From Candidatus Gottesmanbacteria bacterium RIFCSPHIGHO2_02_FULL_39_14 (GTDB taxonomy: Bacteria > Patescibacteriota > Microgenomatia > 2-02-FULL-39-11), in assembly GCA_001779205.1 (NCBI GenBank), contig MFJM01000072.1:1-42769 (forward strand): a stretch of 42,769 bases of DNA. Direction: 5' to 3'. Below, in pieces: positions 17,978 through 26,480 of this stretch (its first letter is position 1; every line of letters begins with the position of its first letter). The position numbers and the translations under genes are program-made. Under the pieces are notes generated by a model. The model ran no database searches. It worked only from the letters and a program-made list of their open reading frames with translations, and was not told the DNA's origin.

Positions 17978-18772
17978 TAATTGTTCTAGCAATTCCCTCC
18001 CGTTCTTTGTAAATCTAAGTAAATAAAATTCGTCAAATGAATTAATGAATCGGGTCAGACTTAATAATTGAGAAGACGAATGCTTCACATCAGACCATAA
18101 TTCATTCGATATTTTTACCAGTATATTAGTTTTACTGGTTATCTTCTCCAGCTTTGTTGAAGAATAAGATTTTTTTATTAAACAAATCGCTCTGATTTTA
18201 TACCTTCCCTTTTTCTTTTGAAACCAATTTATTTTTTCAACAAAAGGAGTCTGATAACAATAGAAATCTCTGCCGATTTGCCGTATAAATACGCTGTCAT
18301 CTGCTAAAGGAAGGGAAACGTTTTTTAAAAGAGTAATGATTGTTGATTTACCGGCATTCGGTCTGCCGATAAAAATAACAGATCCCCGGGGGAAGTAGGC
18401 TGCTGAGGCGTGGAGAATGAGTCCCTTATGTAAAGAAAGTAGTTTCTGTAAGACGTATTTGGATATTAAATTAAATTCGATAATACTCAAATGCTGGAAG
18501 GTTTGAATCAGGTTGCCCCGTTCCTGATAATAAAGTAAATATTTATTGTTTTTATCCTGAACCGATTTGAAAATTATTTGAAAGGGAGATTTATAAAGTT
18601 CAATAGTGAAATGTATAACTTTGGGTTTGCCTTTCAGAATAAATCCTTTGTAATATTTCAGGATTTCGGTCCTTAAACTATATGAAGAATAGTATCTTAA
18701 ATTGCGGGGTTTTTTATTTTTAAAACAAATTTTTAAATTAAATCCAGCAATATTCAGATAAATTATATTCAT
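17873..18772 (-). CDS. HPr-kinase-like P-loop protein (HprK C-terminal-domain superfamily, stand-alone)
   Basis: Motif GLILHASAAYFPRGSVIFIGRPNAGKSTIITLL (LHAS followed by GxxxxGKS). I chose the ATG at 18772 (MNIIYLNIAGF). The track ORF extends to 18976 only because it reads through the tRNA gene. Confidence 0.6.
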   Translation of the reverse strand: MNIIYLNIAGFNLKICFKNKKPRNLRYYSSYSLRTEILKYYKGFILKGKPKVIHFTIELYKSPFQIIFKSVQDKNNKYLLYYQERGNLIQTFQHLSIIEFNLISKYVLQKLLSLHKGLILHASAAYFPRGSVIFIGRPNAGKSTIITLLKNVSLPLADDSVFIRQIGRDFYCYQTPFVEKINWFQKKKGRYKIRAICLIKKSYSSTKLEKITSKTNILVKISNELWSDVKHSSSQLLSLTRFINSFDEFYLLRFTKNGRELLEQLSRITFIITADFFAKTRGTTASATIIRNTTGTALT

Positions 18773-18811
18773 TGAACCATCCGGCGGGAAGTCATGATAA
18801 TAAGATTCGGG

Positions 18812-18897
18812 TGGGCAAGGAGGGAGTCGAACCCTCACGGTATTTTCATACCACAAGTTTTTGAGACTTGCCTGTCTGCCGGTTCCAGCACTTGCCC
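18812..18897 (-). tRNA. tRNA-Leu, anticodon CAA, class II (long variable arm)
   Basis: Folded by hand on the minus strand. Acceptor GGGCAAG/CTTGCCC; 3-bp D stem CTG/CAG; anticodon stem CAAGT/ACTTG with loop CTCAAAA. The variable arm is GGTAT-GAAA-ATACC and the T arm is GAGGG-TTCGACT-CCCTC. The discriminator is A, and CCA is not encoded (followed by CCCG). Confidence 0.9.
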
Positions 18898-18959
18898 GAA
18901 AGAATGCGTTGACTACCAGAATTATATTTTGGTACACTTTGATAGTCAATCGGATCACT

Positions 18960-20459
18960 ATGAAATTTTCCCTCAAATCGAAGAAGATATCTCAGCTTGA
19001 AGTAGATACTTTAAATCTGTTTTTATGGGAAGATGAAGAAATTGAAAAATATAAAGAGTTTCCCGGCGAATTACTATTATACATTAAAGATGCCGTAAAA
19101 CGGGAAAATTTTAACCAGGATCGCGATGAAGTTTTATTATTATCTTCCAAGGGAATTATTTCTGCCTATAAATTAATTATCACCGGCCTTGGTAAAAAGA
19201 AGGATTTTGACCGGGGAATTTTAGCCGAACAAGTAGCTAAGTCAATCAGGAAATCGAAAGAAAATAAAGCGGTCAAAATCGGAATTGTTTTAGCTGATGA
19301 TTGGTGTGATCTATTTGGCATAAAAAACAGTGTTCAGACTATTGTTGAGGCAGTTAGTCTGGCCGATTACCGCTTCCTCAAATATAAAAGCGAAGAAGAA
19401 AAGAATAAAATCAGGATGTTGGAAGAGGTAATACTTTCCCTGCCTTTTGCCAGTCTATCCCAGGCAGAGGAGGGGATAAGGGAGGGTCAAATCATGAGCA
19501 AAGCTACTTTATTTGCCAGAGATCTGATAAATGAACCCCCTCAGGTGACCACTCCGACCTATTTAGCGCAAGAAGCCATGAAAATCGGAAAAAATTCTAA
19601 CGGATTAGTAAAAGTAACAATTTTAGAAAAAGAAGAAATAGAGAAACTGGGAATGAATTCATTTTTGGGAGTGGCCAGGGGAAGTGATGAACAACCGAAA
19701 TTTATCATCCTGAAATATAGGCCAGCCAGGCCGAGGAAAAAATTAGCGGTTATAGGCAAAGGGATAACTTTCGATACCGGAGGATTGTCCCTAAAAACTG
19801 CGGAATATATGGAAACCATGAAGTTGGATATGTCCGGAGCAGCTGCCATTTTAGGAATTTTTTCTGCCATATCTTCCTTTAAACCAAATGCTGAAGTCAC
19901 AGGACTGATTCCTGCCTGCGAGAATATGCCTTCCGGACGGGCTTTAAAACCAGGAGATATTTTACGAGCGATGAATGGAAAAACAATTGAAGTTATAAAT
20001 ACCGATGCTGAAGGCAGATTAACTCTGGCAGATGCTTTATCTTATGCGGTAAAGAAGGAAAAACCTGATGAAATTATTGATCTAGCGACGTTAACCGGTG
20101 CTTGTATGGTAGCTTTGGGTCAGGATATTGCCGGAATGTTCGGCAATGATGATAAATTACTAAAAACGTTTACGAAAATATCTTTAGAGACCGGGGATAA
20201 AGTTTGGCAGCTGCCGCTTGAAAAAGGGTATAAAGATTTAATAAAAAGCCATATAGCGGATGTAAGAAATATTGCCACAACAAAATACGGCGGGGCAATT
20301 ACAGCTTCACTATTTTTAGAGGAATTTGTCGATAATACATCATGGATACATCTCGATATAGCCGGCCCAGCCTATATGGAGAAAGATACGCCACTTATTC
20401 CTGCCGGCGGAGCAGGATTCGGGGTAAGGCTGATTCTTCACTATTTAAATTCTCTTTAA
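18960..20459 (+). CDS. pepA: M17 leucyl aminopeptidase
   Basis: VIGKGITFDTGGLSLK and the NTDAEGRLTLADAL signature. I chose the ATG at 18960 (MKFSLKSKK); the track start at 18861 lies inside the tRNA gene. Confidence 0.9.
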   Translation: MKFSLKSKKISQLEVDTLNLFLWEDEEIEKYKEFPGELLLYIKDAVKRENFNQDRDEVLLLSSKGIISAYKLIITGLGKKKDFDRGILAEQVAKSIRKSKENKAVKIGIVLADDWCDLFGIKNSVQTIVEAVSLADYRFLKYKSEEEKNKIRMLEEVILSLPFASLSQAEEGIREGQIMSKATLFARDLINEPPQVTTPTYLAQEAMKIGKNSNGLVKVTILEKEEIEKLGMNSFLGVARGSDEQPKFIILKYRPARPRKKLAVIGKGITFDTGGLSLKTAEYMETMKLDMSGAAAILGIFSAISSFKPNAEVTGLIPACENMPSGRALKPGDILRAMNGKTIEVINTDAEGRLTLADALSYAVKKEKPDEIIDLATLTGACMVALGQDIAGMFGNDDKLLKTFTKISLETGDKVWQLPLEKGYKDLIKSHIADVRNIATTKYGGAITASLFLEEFVDNTSWIHLDIAGPAYMEKDTPLIPAGGAGFGVRLILHYLNSL

Positions 20460-20470
20460 ACAATTCACCG

Positions 20471-21697
20471 ATGAATAGATCTATTGTACGGGTATTAACT
20501 AATTTCAATTTCCGAATGCTCTGGTTGGGTCAGATAATTTCCCAGATATCTTTAAATATACTTTCATTTGTTTTGGCGATTGAAGTTTATCAGTTGACCA
20601 TGTCCAATACTGCCGTATCCCTGATGCTGTTAACTTTTGGTTTGCCGGCAATTATTTTTGGAGTAATGTTTGGCGGAATAGTAGATCATTTCGATAAAAG
20701 ATCGGTGTTAATATTTTGTAATCTATCGCGGGCATTTATCCTGTTTTTTTATTTTTTATTTTCAGCCCACATATTTATGCTCTATTTACTATCAGTTCTC
20801 ATTTCCATTTTTACGCAATTATTCATCCCGGCTGAAGCACCCAGTATTCCGCAATTGGTCAAGAAGGATGATTTACTTTCAGCCAACTCGCTGTTTACCA
20901 TTACCTTTTATCTGTCGACGGTAATCGGTTCATTGACTGCCGGACCATTATTAAGAGTATTTGGCAGCCAGAACATTTTTATTATCATGACCATATTCAT
21001 GCTATTGGCATCTTTTTTTAACTATCGTTTACCAAGACTTTCTGCATCTAAAAAGGTAAAATTTGAATTCTATATAATTAATTTCGTCAAACCCGTTTAC
21101 GAGGGCTTTTTATTTATCCATCAGCATGAACGGATCAGACAAAGTCTCTACCTGCTGACTTTTTCCCAGGCGTTAATGGCTACCCTGGTAGTTTTGGCTC
21201 CCGGATTTGCCGATAAGATACTTCTAATTGATTTGAAGGATATATCATTAGTAGTGATGGGTCCGGCTGCTGTGGGACTAATACTGGGAGCTTTTCTGGT
21301 CGGAGTTAAGCCTAATAATATACTGCGGGGAACCATAATTCTTTCCGGAATTATAATTTCCGGAATTACTTTAATTATGTTAGCAGTAATCAGCTTTTTT
21401 AATCTTCATGGTATGATATACGCCATGATGTTTTTGCTTCTGGTTTTGGGGGTTGCGAATAGTTTTATAAATGTGCCTTCTTCGACAATACTCCAGGAAG
21501 AAACAGATGAGAACTTGCGCGGCCGGATTTACGGAGTACTTACATCATTGATAGGCGGTTTTTCACTTTTACCGGTACTTTTTTCCGGAATTTTAGCGGA
21601 TGTAGTTGGGGTTGGTAGAACACTTTTTATCATTGGTATAATGGTATTTTTAATCGGAAGTTATTTTGGGCAGAAGAGAATCAGGATAATTTATTAA
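20471..21697 (+). CDS. MFS transporter
   Basis: About 12 TM helices and an N-terminus NFNFRMLWLGQIISQIS, typical of MFS_3/EntS-like permeases. I chose the ATG at 20471; the track start at 20342 overlaps pepA. Confidence 0.75.
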   Translation: MNRSIVRVLTNFNFRMLWLGQIISQISLNILSFVLAIEVYQLTMSNTAVSLMLLTFGLPAIIFGVMFGGIVDHFDKRSVLIFCNLSRAFILFFYFLFSAHIFMLYLLSVLISIFTQLFIPAEAPSIPQLVKKDDLLSANSLFTITFYLSTVIGSLTAGPLLRVFGSQNIFIIMTIFMLLASFFNYRLPRLSASKKVKFEFYIINFVKPVYEGFLFIHQHERIRQSLYLLTFSQALMATLVVLAPGFADKILLIDLKDISLVVMGPAAVGLILGAFLVGVKPNNILRGTIILSGIIISGITLIMLAVISFFNLHGMIYAMMFLLLVLGVANSFINVPSSTILQEETDENLRGRIYGVLTSLIGGFSLLPVLFSGILADVVGVGRTLFIIGIMVFLIGSYFGQKRIRIIY

Positions 21698-21706
21698 TAT
21701 TTTTTT

Positions 21707-22507
21707 ATGTTGCCTGTGCTTTACACTATCGGTCCATTCAGCGTATACTCTTTCGGATTATTCTTAGCCTTATCCTTTTTATTATCAACCTTTGTGGTTT
21801 GGAAATATGCCCGGGAGGAATTTAAGGAGGAAGAGTATCTTGATGCTTATTTTTATACCTCTCTGGTTACGCTGGTTTCGGCCAGAATTGTATATATCAT
21901 CAGAAATTGGCCTGATTTTGGCTTAATGGTTTTAAAGTACATACTGGTAGTGGAAACACCCGGTTTATCACTGATTGGCGGAGCAATAGGAGGTTTTATT
22001 TTTCTTTACTTATACTCCCGGAAGAAAAAAATTAAATTTTTTCATTTTGCAGATATTCTTTCCTTGGCTGGGACATTAGCATTAATTTTTATTAAAATCG
22101 GCCAACAATTAGGAGGGGCAGCACATGGAACGGAAACCAATTCATACCTCAAGGTCAGAATTATCGGCAGACCGGGATTCTATCACCCGACCGAATTATA
22201 TGAAGCTTTTACATATTTATTATTATTTATTTTATTATTAATTCTTTTACGCCGGGCTTGGCGGAAAAAATGGAAAGAAGGGATCATCTTTGCTATTTTT
22301 GCTTTTTTTACAGGTGTCAGTATATTCGGACTTGAATTTTTGAAAGTACACCGCGTATACTTATATGGATTATCTTTCAGACAGATTTTGGCGCTGATGA
22401 TTATAACAGGATCAATATTTTTATTTGCCGGTCGGAGCGAAATTTATAAAAAATTTTTAAATTATTTTAAAAAGAAAAAAAATGAAGTTTCCCAAAGAGT
22501 TGCTTAA
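21707..22507 (+). CDS. lgt: prolipoprotein diacylglyceryl transferase
   Basis: N-terminus IGPFSVYSFGLFLALSFL, multi-pass membrane topology, about 266 aa. Confidence 0.7.
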   Translation: MLPVLYTIGPFSVYSFGLFLALSFLLSTFVVWKYAREEFKEEEYLDAYFYTSLVTLVSARIVYIIRNWPDFGLMVLKYILVVETPGLSLIGGAIGGFIFLYLYSRKKKIKFFHFADILSLAGTLALIFIKIGQQLGGAAHGTETNSYLKVRIIGRPGFYHPTELYEAFTYLLLFILLLILLRRAWRKKWKEGIIFAIFAFFTGVSIFGLEFLKVHRVYLYGLSFRQILALMIITGSIFLFAGRSEIYKKFLNYFKKKKNEVSQRVA

Positions 22508-22841
22508 TTCAATCTACCGTAATCTTCTCAAATTGCGAAAAGTCAGAGAAGAAAGAATATCGTCGATAAAACTTCAAGACCCGTTTTCTGATCCGGACAG
22601 GCTGAATGATAATGCCGCTTCCGATACGGAAGCAAAGGAAGAAAGTTCACATGAAAGAATGGAAGCCTTGGAGAAAGTATTGAGAAGAGGTCTGGAAGAG
22701 ATTAATCTGGCATTGACACGGATTAAAAAGGGAACCTACGGTAAATGCCAAAATTGCGGTCAGATGATTGATACCGACAGGCTGGGTGTAAAACCGACAG
22801 CTTTATACTGTGTGACCTGCGAGCGGAAGAAAGAGAAATAG
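22482..22841 (+). CDS. DksA/TraR-family C4 zinc-finger protein
   Basis: C-terminal CQNCG-x17-CVTCE zinc finger preceded by a coiled-coil-like region. Overlaps the lgt 3' end by 26 nt. Confidence 0.75.
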   Translation: MKFPKELLNSIYRNLLKLRKVREERISSIKLQDPFSDPDRLNDNAASDTEAKEESSHERMEALEKVLRRGLEEINLALTRIKKGTYGKCQNCGQMIDTDRLGVKPTALYCVTCERKKEK

Positions 22842-22847
22842 TCTTCA

Positions 22848-23576
22848 ATGGATATTTCCATTCTTTATGAAGATGGTTATCTTTTGGCGATTGATAAGCC
22901 TTCAGGAGTCGTAGTCAACCGGTCGGAGAATGTTTCTTCTCAAACAATCCAGGATTGGGCGGAAGATAAATTAAATATTAAGAATCAAGACACAAGAAAC
23001 AATAAGAGTAATTTTTATGATCGGGCCGGGATTGTACATCGACTGGATAAAGAAACTTCAGGAATATTGTTGATCGCCAAGGACAAAATAACATTTTTAA
23101 ATCTTCAGGATCAGTTTAAAAACAGAACTGTAAAAAAAAGCTATTTTGTTTTGGTTCATGGAAATATTGCTATTAGGAAGATGACCATTAAAGTACCTGT
23201 TGGAAGACTGCCCTGGAATAAAAGAAAATTCGGTGTTTTACCGTACGGACGGAATGCCGAAACCAGAATTTTAGTCCGCCACCATTATGAAGACGATAAA
23301 GCTAACAGGTATAGTTTAATTGAAGCAATTCCTGTAACAGGCAGAACACACCAGATCAGGATCCATTTAAAACATTTCGGTTTTCCGGTTGTTGCCGATT
23401 ATTTATACAGCGGAAGAAAGGTATACCGGGAGGCAATTAAATTTTGCCCGAGGTTGTTTTTACACGCTTACCGTCTGCAATTTAATCACCCGGAGACCTC
23501 AGAAAGCAAGTCAATAGAGAAGGAACTTCCTTTAGAACTTAATCAGGTTTTAGAGAAATTAAAATTAGTAGACTAA
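22848..23576 (+). CDS. RluA-family pseudouridine synthase (no S4 domain)
   Basis: Catalytic-Asp motif HRLDKETSGILLIAK and the conserved GRTHQIRIHL block. Confidence 0.85.
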   Translation: MDISILYEDGYLLAIDKPSGVVVNRSENVSSQTIQDWAEDKLNIKNQDTRNNKSNFYDRAGIVHRLDKETSGILLIAKDKITFLNLQDQFKNRTVKKSYFVLVHGNIAIRKMTIKVPVGRLPWNKRKFGVLPYGRNAETRILVRHHYEDDKANRYSLIEAIPVTGRTHQIRIHLKHFGFPVVADYLYSGRKVYREAIKFCPRLFLHAYRLQFNHPETSESKSIEKELPLELNQVLEKLKLVD

Positions 23577-23595
23577 TAAGCTATAATAATTGATT

Positions 23596-23736
23596 ATGGG
23601 CAAATTCGGAGGTTATTATCATGGTGAACAGAGAAAGAAGAAAAAAAAGGAGCTGGAAAAAAAAGTCCAGCAATTAGTCAATCGTTCATCATTTATTCTT
23701 CCCCAGATTGAAATCATCAAAAGAGGGAAAAAATGA
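23596..23736 (+). CDS. candidate 46-aa Lys-rich micro-protein
   Basis: Below the track cutoff; read by hand as MGKFGGYYHGEQRKKKKKELEKKVQQLVNRSSFILPQIEIIKRGKK. Its TGA overlaps the ATG of the next gene (ATGA at 23733-23736). No clear SD. Confidence 0.25.
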   Translation: MGKFGGYYHGEQRKKKKKELEKKVQQLVNRSSFILPQIEIIKRGKK

Positions 23737-24734
23737 GGAGAAAAACCTCACGGAAAAAAATAATCCTTTGGCGCATTAGTATTCTTATCATAGCCTTTAA
23801 TATAAGCCTGGTAATTTTTTTATCATTCAAAAACGGTTGGGATGGGGTAAACAGGTTTACGATAGTCCTGCAGAATATAGATAAGAGGAATAAAGCTACC
23901 GATTACGGTTTGGCAGTTATTTCGGTTGAGCCTAAAATGCATCAAGGCGTTTATTTATATTTAAAACCTAATTTCCTGATGGAGGCTCCTTACGGATATA
24001 AGACATACCCCCTTTATTCCATATATAAATTAGGAGAATTGGATACTCTACGGGGAGGAGGTAAGTTATTAAAAAAAGCAGTGGAATCCACCATAGGAAT
24101 TAAAACAGACAGATATTTACTATTTAAAAATAAAGAGGCGATAAAACTGCCAGACACCCGGGAGAAATTAAGCGAGTTTAAGCGTGATAATTTTAGGTTA
24201 ATAACAGGTTTACCATTCATAAAGACAATGATTACAGCCGGGATTGTTACAGACATGTCTTTTTGGGAAAGACTTCGTTTTTTTTGGGCTGTGCGGAATT
24301 TAAGATTAGATCAGATGATGTACCTTGATCCGACTGAAAGCGCGGCCGGCAGGAAGGAAGAACTGCCTGATAGAACTCAAATATATACTTTAGACTGGGA
24401 ACTTTATGATAATTTTATTCTTAATGACTTCCAGGATATAAGAATCAGGGAGGAAAATTTCACGATAGAAGTTCAAAATGCCAGCGGTGGCGAAAAAATT
24501 GCCAGACAGTTTGCCAGAATTTTGAATCATATGGGAGCTCATGTAGTTTTTACCACCACCGCAATTGAAACAAATAAAAATTATTGCCAAATAAAATTTT
24601 ATAATGCTAAAGCCCGGCAAAGTATAATTGCTCAGATTCTTAAAAAAGATTACAATTGCCGGGAAGACAACCAGAATATCAACCAGTCTGCCGCCGATAT
24701 TAAAGTTGTTATCGGAGAAGGATTCCTAAAATGA
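23733..24734 (+). CDS. membrane-anchored protein with C-terminal LytR_C-like domain
   Basis: N-terminal basic region plus TM helix. The C-terminal block FTIEVQNASGGEKIARQFARILNHMGAHVV resembles LytR_C domains. Confidence 0.55.
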   Translation: MRRKTSRKKIILWRISILIIAFNISLVIFLSFKNGWDGVNRFTIVLQNIDKRNKATDYGLAVISVEPKMHQGVYLYLKPNFLMEAPYGYKTYPLYSIYKLGELDTLRGGGKLLKKAVESTIGIKTDRYLLFKNKEAIKLPDTREKLSEFKRDNFRLITGLPFIKTMITAGIVTDMSFWERLRFFWAVRNLRLDQMMYLDPTESAAGRKEELPDRTQIYTLDWELYDNFILNDFQDIRIREENFTIEVQNASGGEKIARQFARILNHMGAHVVFTTTAIETNKNYCQIKFYNAKARQSIIAQILKKDYNCREDNQNINQSAADIKVVIGEGFLK

Positions 24735-24919
24735 ATATTTATCTGATACTCCTTATTATTCTTATAATTTCCTTACTTTTAGCAATCAGTGAATCAAGAC
24801 GAGAGTTATCTGTACCAAAACAGATTGCTAAAATAAAAATAAAAAAGCAAAAAAAGCTTTCAGGTGTTATACTTTTTTTGAAGGAAAAAATTATTCATTA
24901 TTCCTCAGATTCATCCTGA
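24731..24919 (+). CDS. hypothetical small membrane protein
   Basis: 62 aa, N-terminal TM helix, ATGA overlap with the upstream gene. The 3' end overlaps the convergent TPR gene by 22 nt. Confidence 0.35.
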   Translation: MNIYLILLIILIISLLLAISESRRELSVPKQIAKIKIKKQKKLSGVILFLKEKIIHYSSDSS

Positions 24920-25614
24920 TGGATTTCTTCTTCCTCCAAGGGATCAGGAGAGACTATCTTTTTAATTTCCCTGTGGATTGTTGCGGAATATTCTTTAAAA
25001 GTGGTCGGGATGAAAGTAGACTGGTGTGATAATTTTTTACCTCGGGAAATTTCCCTGATGAATACCCAAACCTGATTTTTCTGAATATTTTTAATACAGG
25101 CAATATAACTGTTACCGACAGCAATAAATTTTATTAATCTAAAAGCAATATCATCAGGCAGAGCACCATAATAAGTTTTATTCAAACCCCTTATTTCTAC
25201 GGAATGTTTTTTCGGATGGATGATAACCGTATCCCCGATATTTAAGTGGTTCAGGATTTTAGTCGGAGCTACATTAATCAGTAGGACCGTTTTAGATTTT
25301 CCCGGTTCTTCAATAAATAATCCGGGTGCGACGCGTTCGTGAGGAATAATACTGTTTGATTTTTTCTCATTCAGATTACTAATCTTGTCGAGGTTTTTGA
25401 CGGCTAAAGTATTATATTTATCCAGTAATAAAATTTTGCGGTAGATTTTTTTAGCTTTTTCGATTGACCCTGTTTGAGCATAGGCAAAAGCCAGCCGGGC
25501 TAAGATATCAATATCATCCTTATTATTTTTAAGAAGTTCTTTATTGATTTCAATGGCCGTGTCCCATTTTTGGGCTAAAGCAGCTTCGATTGCAGCTTGA
25601 AGGAGGGTGGTCAT
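24898..25614 (-). CDS. TPR-repeat protein
   Basis: The N-terminal ~90 aa show TPR-like repeats (ARLAFAYAQTGSIEKAKKIYRKILLLDKYNTLAVKNL). Acidic C-terminus. Confidence 0.6.
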   Translation of the reverse strand: MTTLLQAAIEAALAQKWDTAIEINKELLKNNKDDIDILARLAFAYAQTGSIEKAKKIYRKILLLDKYNTLAVKNLDKISNLNEKKSNSIIPHERVAPGLFIEEPGKSKTVLLINVAPTKILNHLNIGDTVIIHPKKHSVEIRGLNKTYYGALPDDIAFRLIKFIAVGNSYIACIKNIQKNQVWVFIREISRGKKLSHQSTFIPTTFKEYSATIHREIKKIVSPDPLEEEEIHQDESEE

Positions 25615-25676
25615 GAGTTCTATTTTCCGGTTAGTTTATCTACGTTATTGAGAAATGTCAAGGGGAGATATAAAAT

Positions 25677-25737
25677 AGCTGTTAGTCATTGGTCATTAGT
25701 CGTTAGTCTAAAGACTAACAGCTAAAGACTAATAGCT
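25677..25737. promoter_or_regulatory. cluster of five TTAGTC/GACTAA half-sites forming interleaved palindromes upstream of yebC
   Basis: TTAGTC at 25682, 25696 and 25703; GACTAA at 25713 and 25727. The inner palindrome is GTTAGTCT-AA-AGACTAAC (25702-25719). AGCTGTTAGTC (25677-25687) is the exact reverse complement of GACTAACAGCT (25713-25723). Confidence 0.3.
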
Positions 25738-25745
25738 GATTTCCT

Positions 25746-26480
25746 ATGTCTGGACATTCCAAATGGTCAAAAGTTAAACATCAAAAAGAAGCGGTGGATG
25801 CCGTTAAGGGTAAATTATTCACCAAAACAGCCAATGCCATTATTATAGCCGTTAAAGAAGGCGGCGGAATAACAGATCCGGAAAGTAATTTTAAGTTGAG
25901 ATTGGCTGTGGAGCGTGCCAAATCGATAAATATGCCAAAAGAAAATATTCAGAGGGCAATAGAGCGGGCTGGAAAGGCAGATTCGGTATCCAACCTGACG
26001 GAAGCAATTTATGAGGCATTCGGTCCTCGGGGTATAGGAATTCTGATTAAAGTAACAACTGATAACAGGATGAGAACAGTTGCCGAACTGAAAAACATTC
26101 TTGAAAGATCAGGAGGAGTTTTGGCGTCAAGCGGGGCCGTGTCTCATCTTTTTCAACAGGTAGGGTTAATAGAAATAGCCAAGGATGGAAAAAAATATGA
26201 TGAAATATTGGAGGATGCTTTAGAGGGAGGAGCCATTGATATTGAAGAGAGTCCTGATAATATATTAATTTATACCAATCCCAATGATCTACATAGAGTA
26301 AGGGAGTATTTAGTTTCCAAAGGGGGGGGAGTTAATTCTTTTGAACTTTATTTCCGACCGATAACCAAAATTCCCGTTTCTCAAAAAGAAGATATCGAGA
26401 AAATTGAAAAACTACTGGAAGCGCTTGAAGAGAGAGAAGACGTGCAACGGGTTTTTTCAAACTACCAAATCAATGTATAA
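25746..26480 (+). CDS. yebC: YebC/PmpR-family DNA-binding transcriptional regulator
   Basis: Hallmark N-terminus MSGHSKWSKVKHQK, followed by family-typical blocks (KLRLAVERAKSINMPKENIQRAI). Confidence 0.9.
   Translation: MSGHSKWSKVKHQKEAVDAVKGKLFTKTANAIIIAVKEGGGITDPESNFKLRLAVERAKSINMPKENIQRAIERAGKADSVSNLTEAIYEAFGPRGIGILIKVTTDNRMRTVAELKNILERSGGVLASSGAVSHLFQQVGLIEIAKDGKKYDEILEDALEGGAIDIEESPDNILIYTNPNDLHRVREYLVSKGGGVNSFELYFRPITKIPVSQKEDIEKIEKLLEALEEREDVQRVFSNYQINV

Noticed and set aside
17100-18812. Integrated element at the 3' end of tRNA-Leu, which is a classic integration hotspot
   Set aside because: I found no copy of the tRNA 3' segment (TGGGCAAGGAGGGAGTCGAACCC on the plus strand) elsewhere in the 3 kb on that side. 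No integrase gene is adjacent to the tRNA. The recombinases are 9 kb away on the other side. This is kept only as context in the findings.
18773-18976. N-terminal 68 codons of the 367-aa minus-strand track ORF (17873..18976), and the first 33 codons of the plus-strand ORF starting at 18861
   Set aside because: Both extensions read straight through the tRNA-Leu gene (18812-18897). Sensible ATG starts exist at 18772 (kinase-like gene) and 18960 (pepA, MKFSLKSKK), so the extensions are artefacts of open frames over a GC-richer RNA gene.
20342-20470. Upstream extensions of track ORFs that overlap the preceding gene: the MFS transporter from 20342, pilB from 38444, the membrane protein from 26404, dnaB from 14534, the hypothetical from 4125 and rpmE to 8405
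   Set aside because: In each case an internal ATG sits just after the upstream stop and starts the recognisable protein (for example MNRSIVRVL, MELSQKIL, MYKRLIL, MPEPRIPP). The extension residues look non-protein-like, and the track also counts non-ATG starts.
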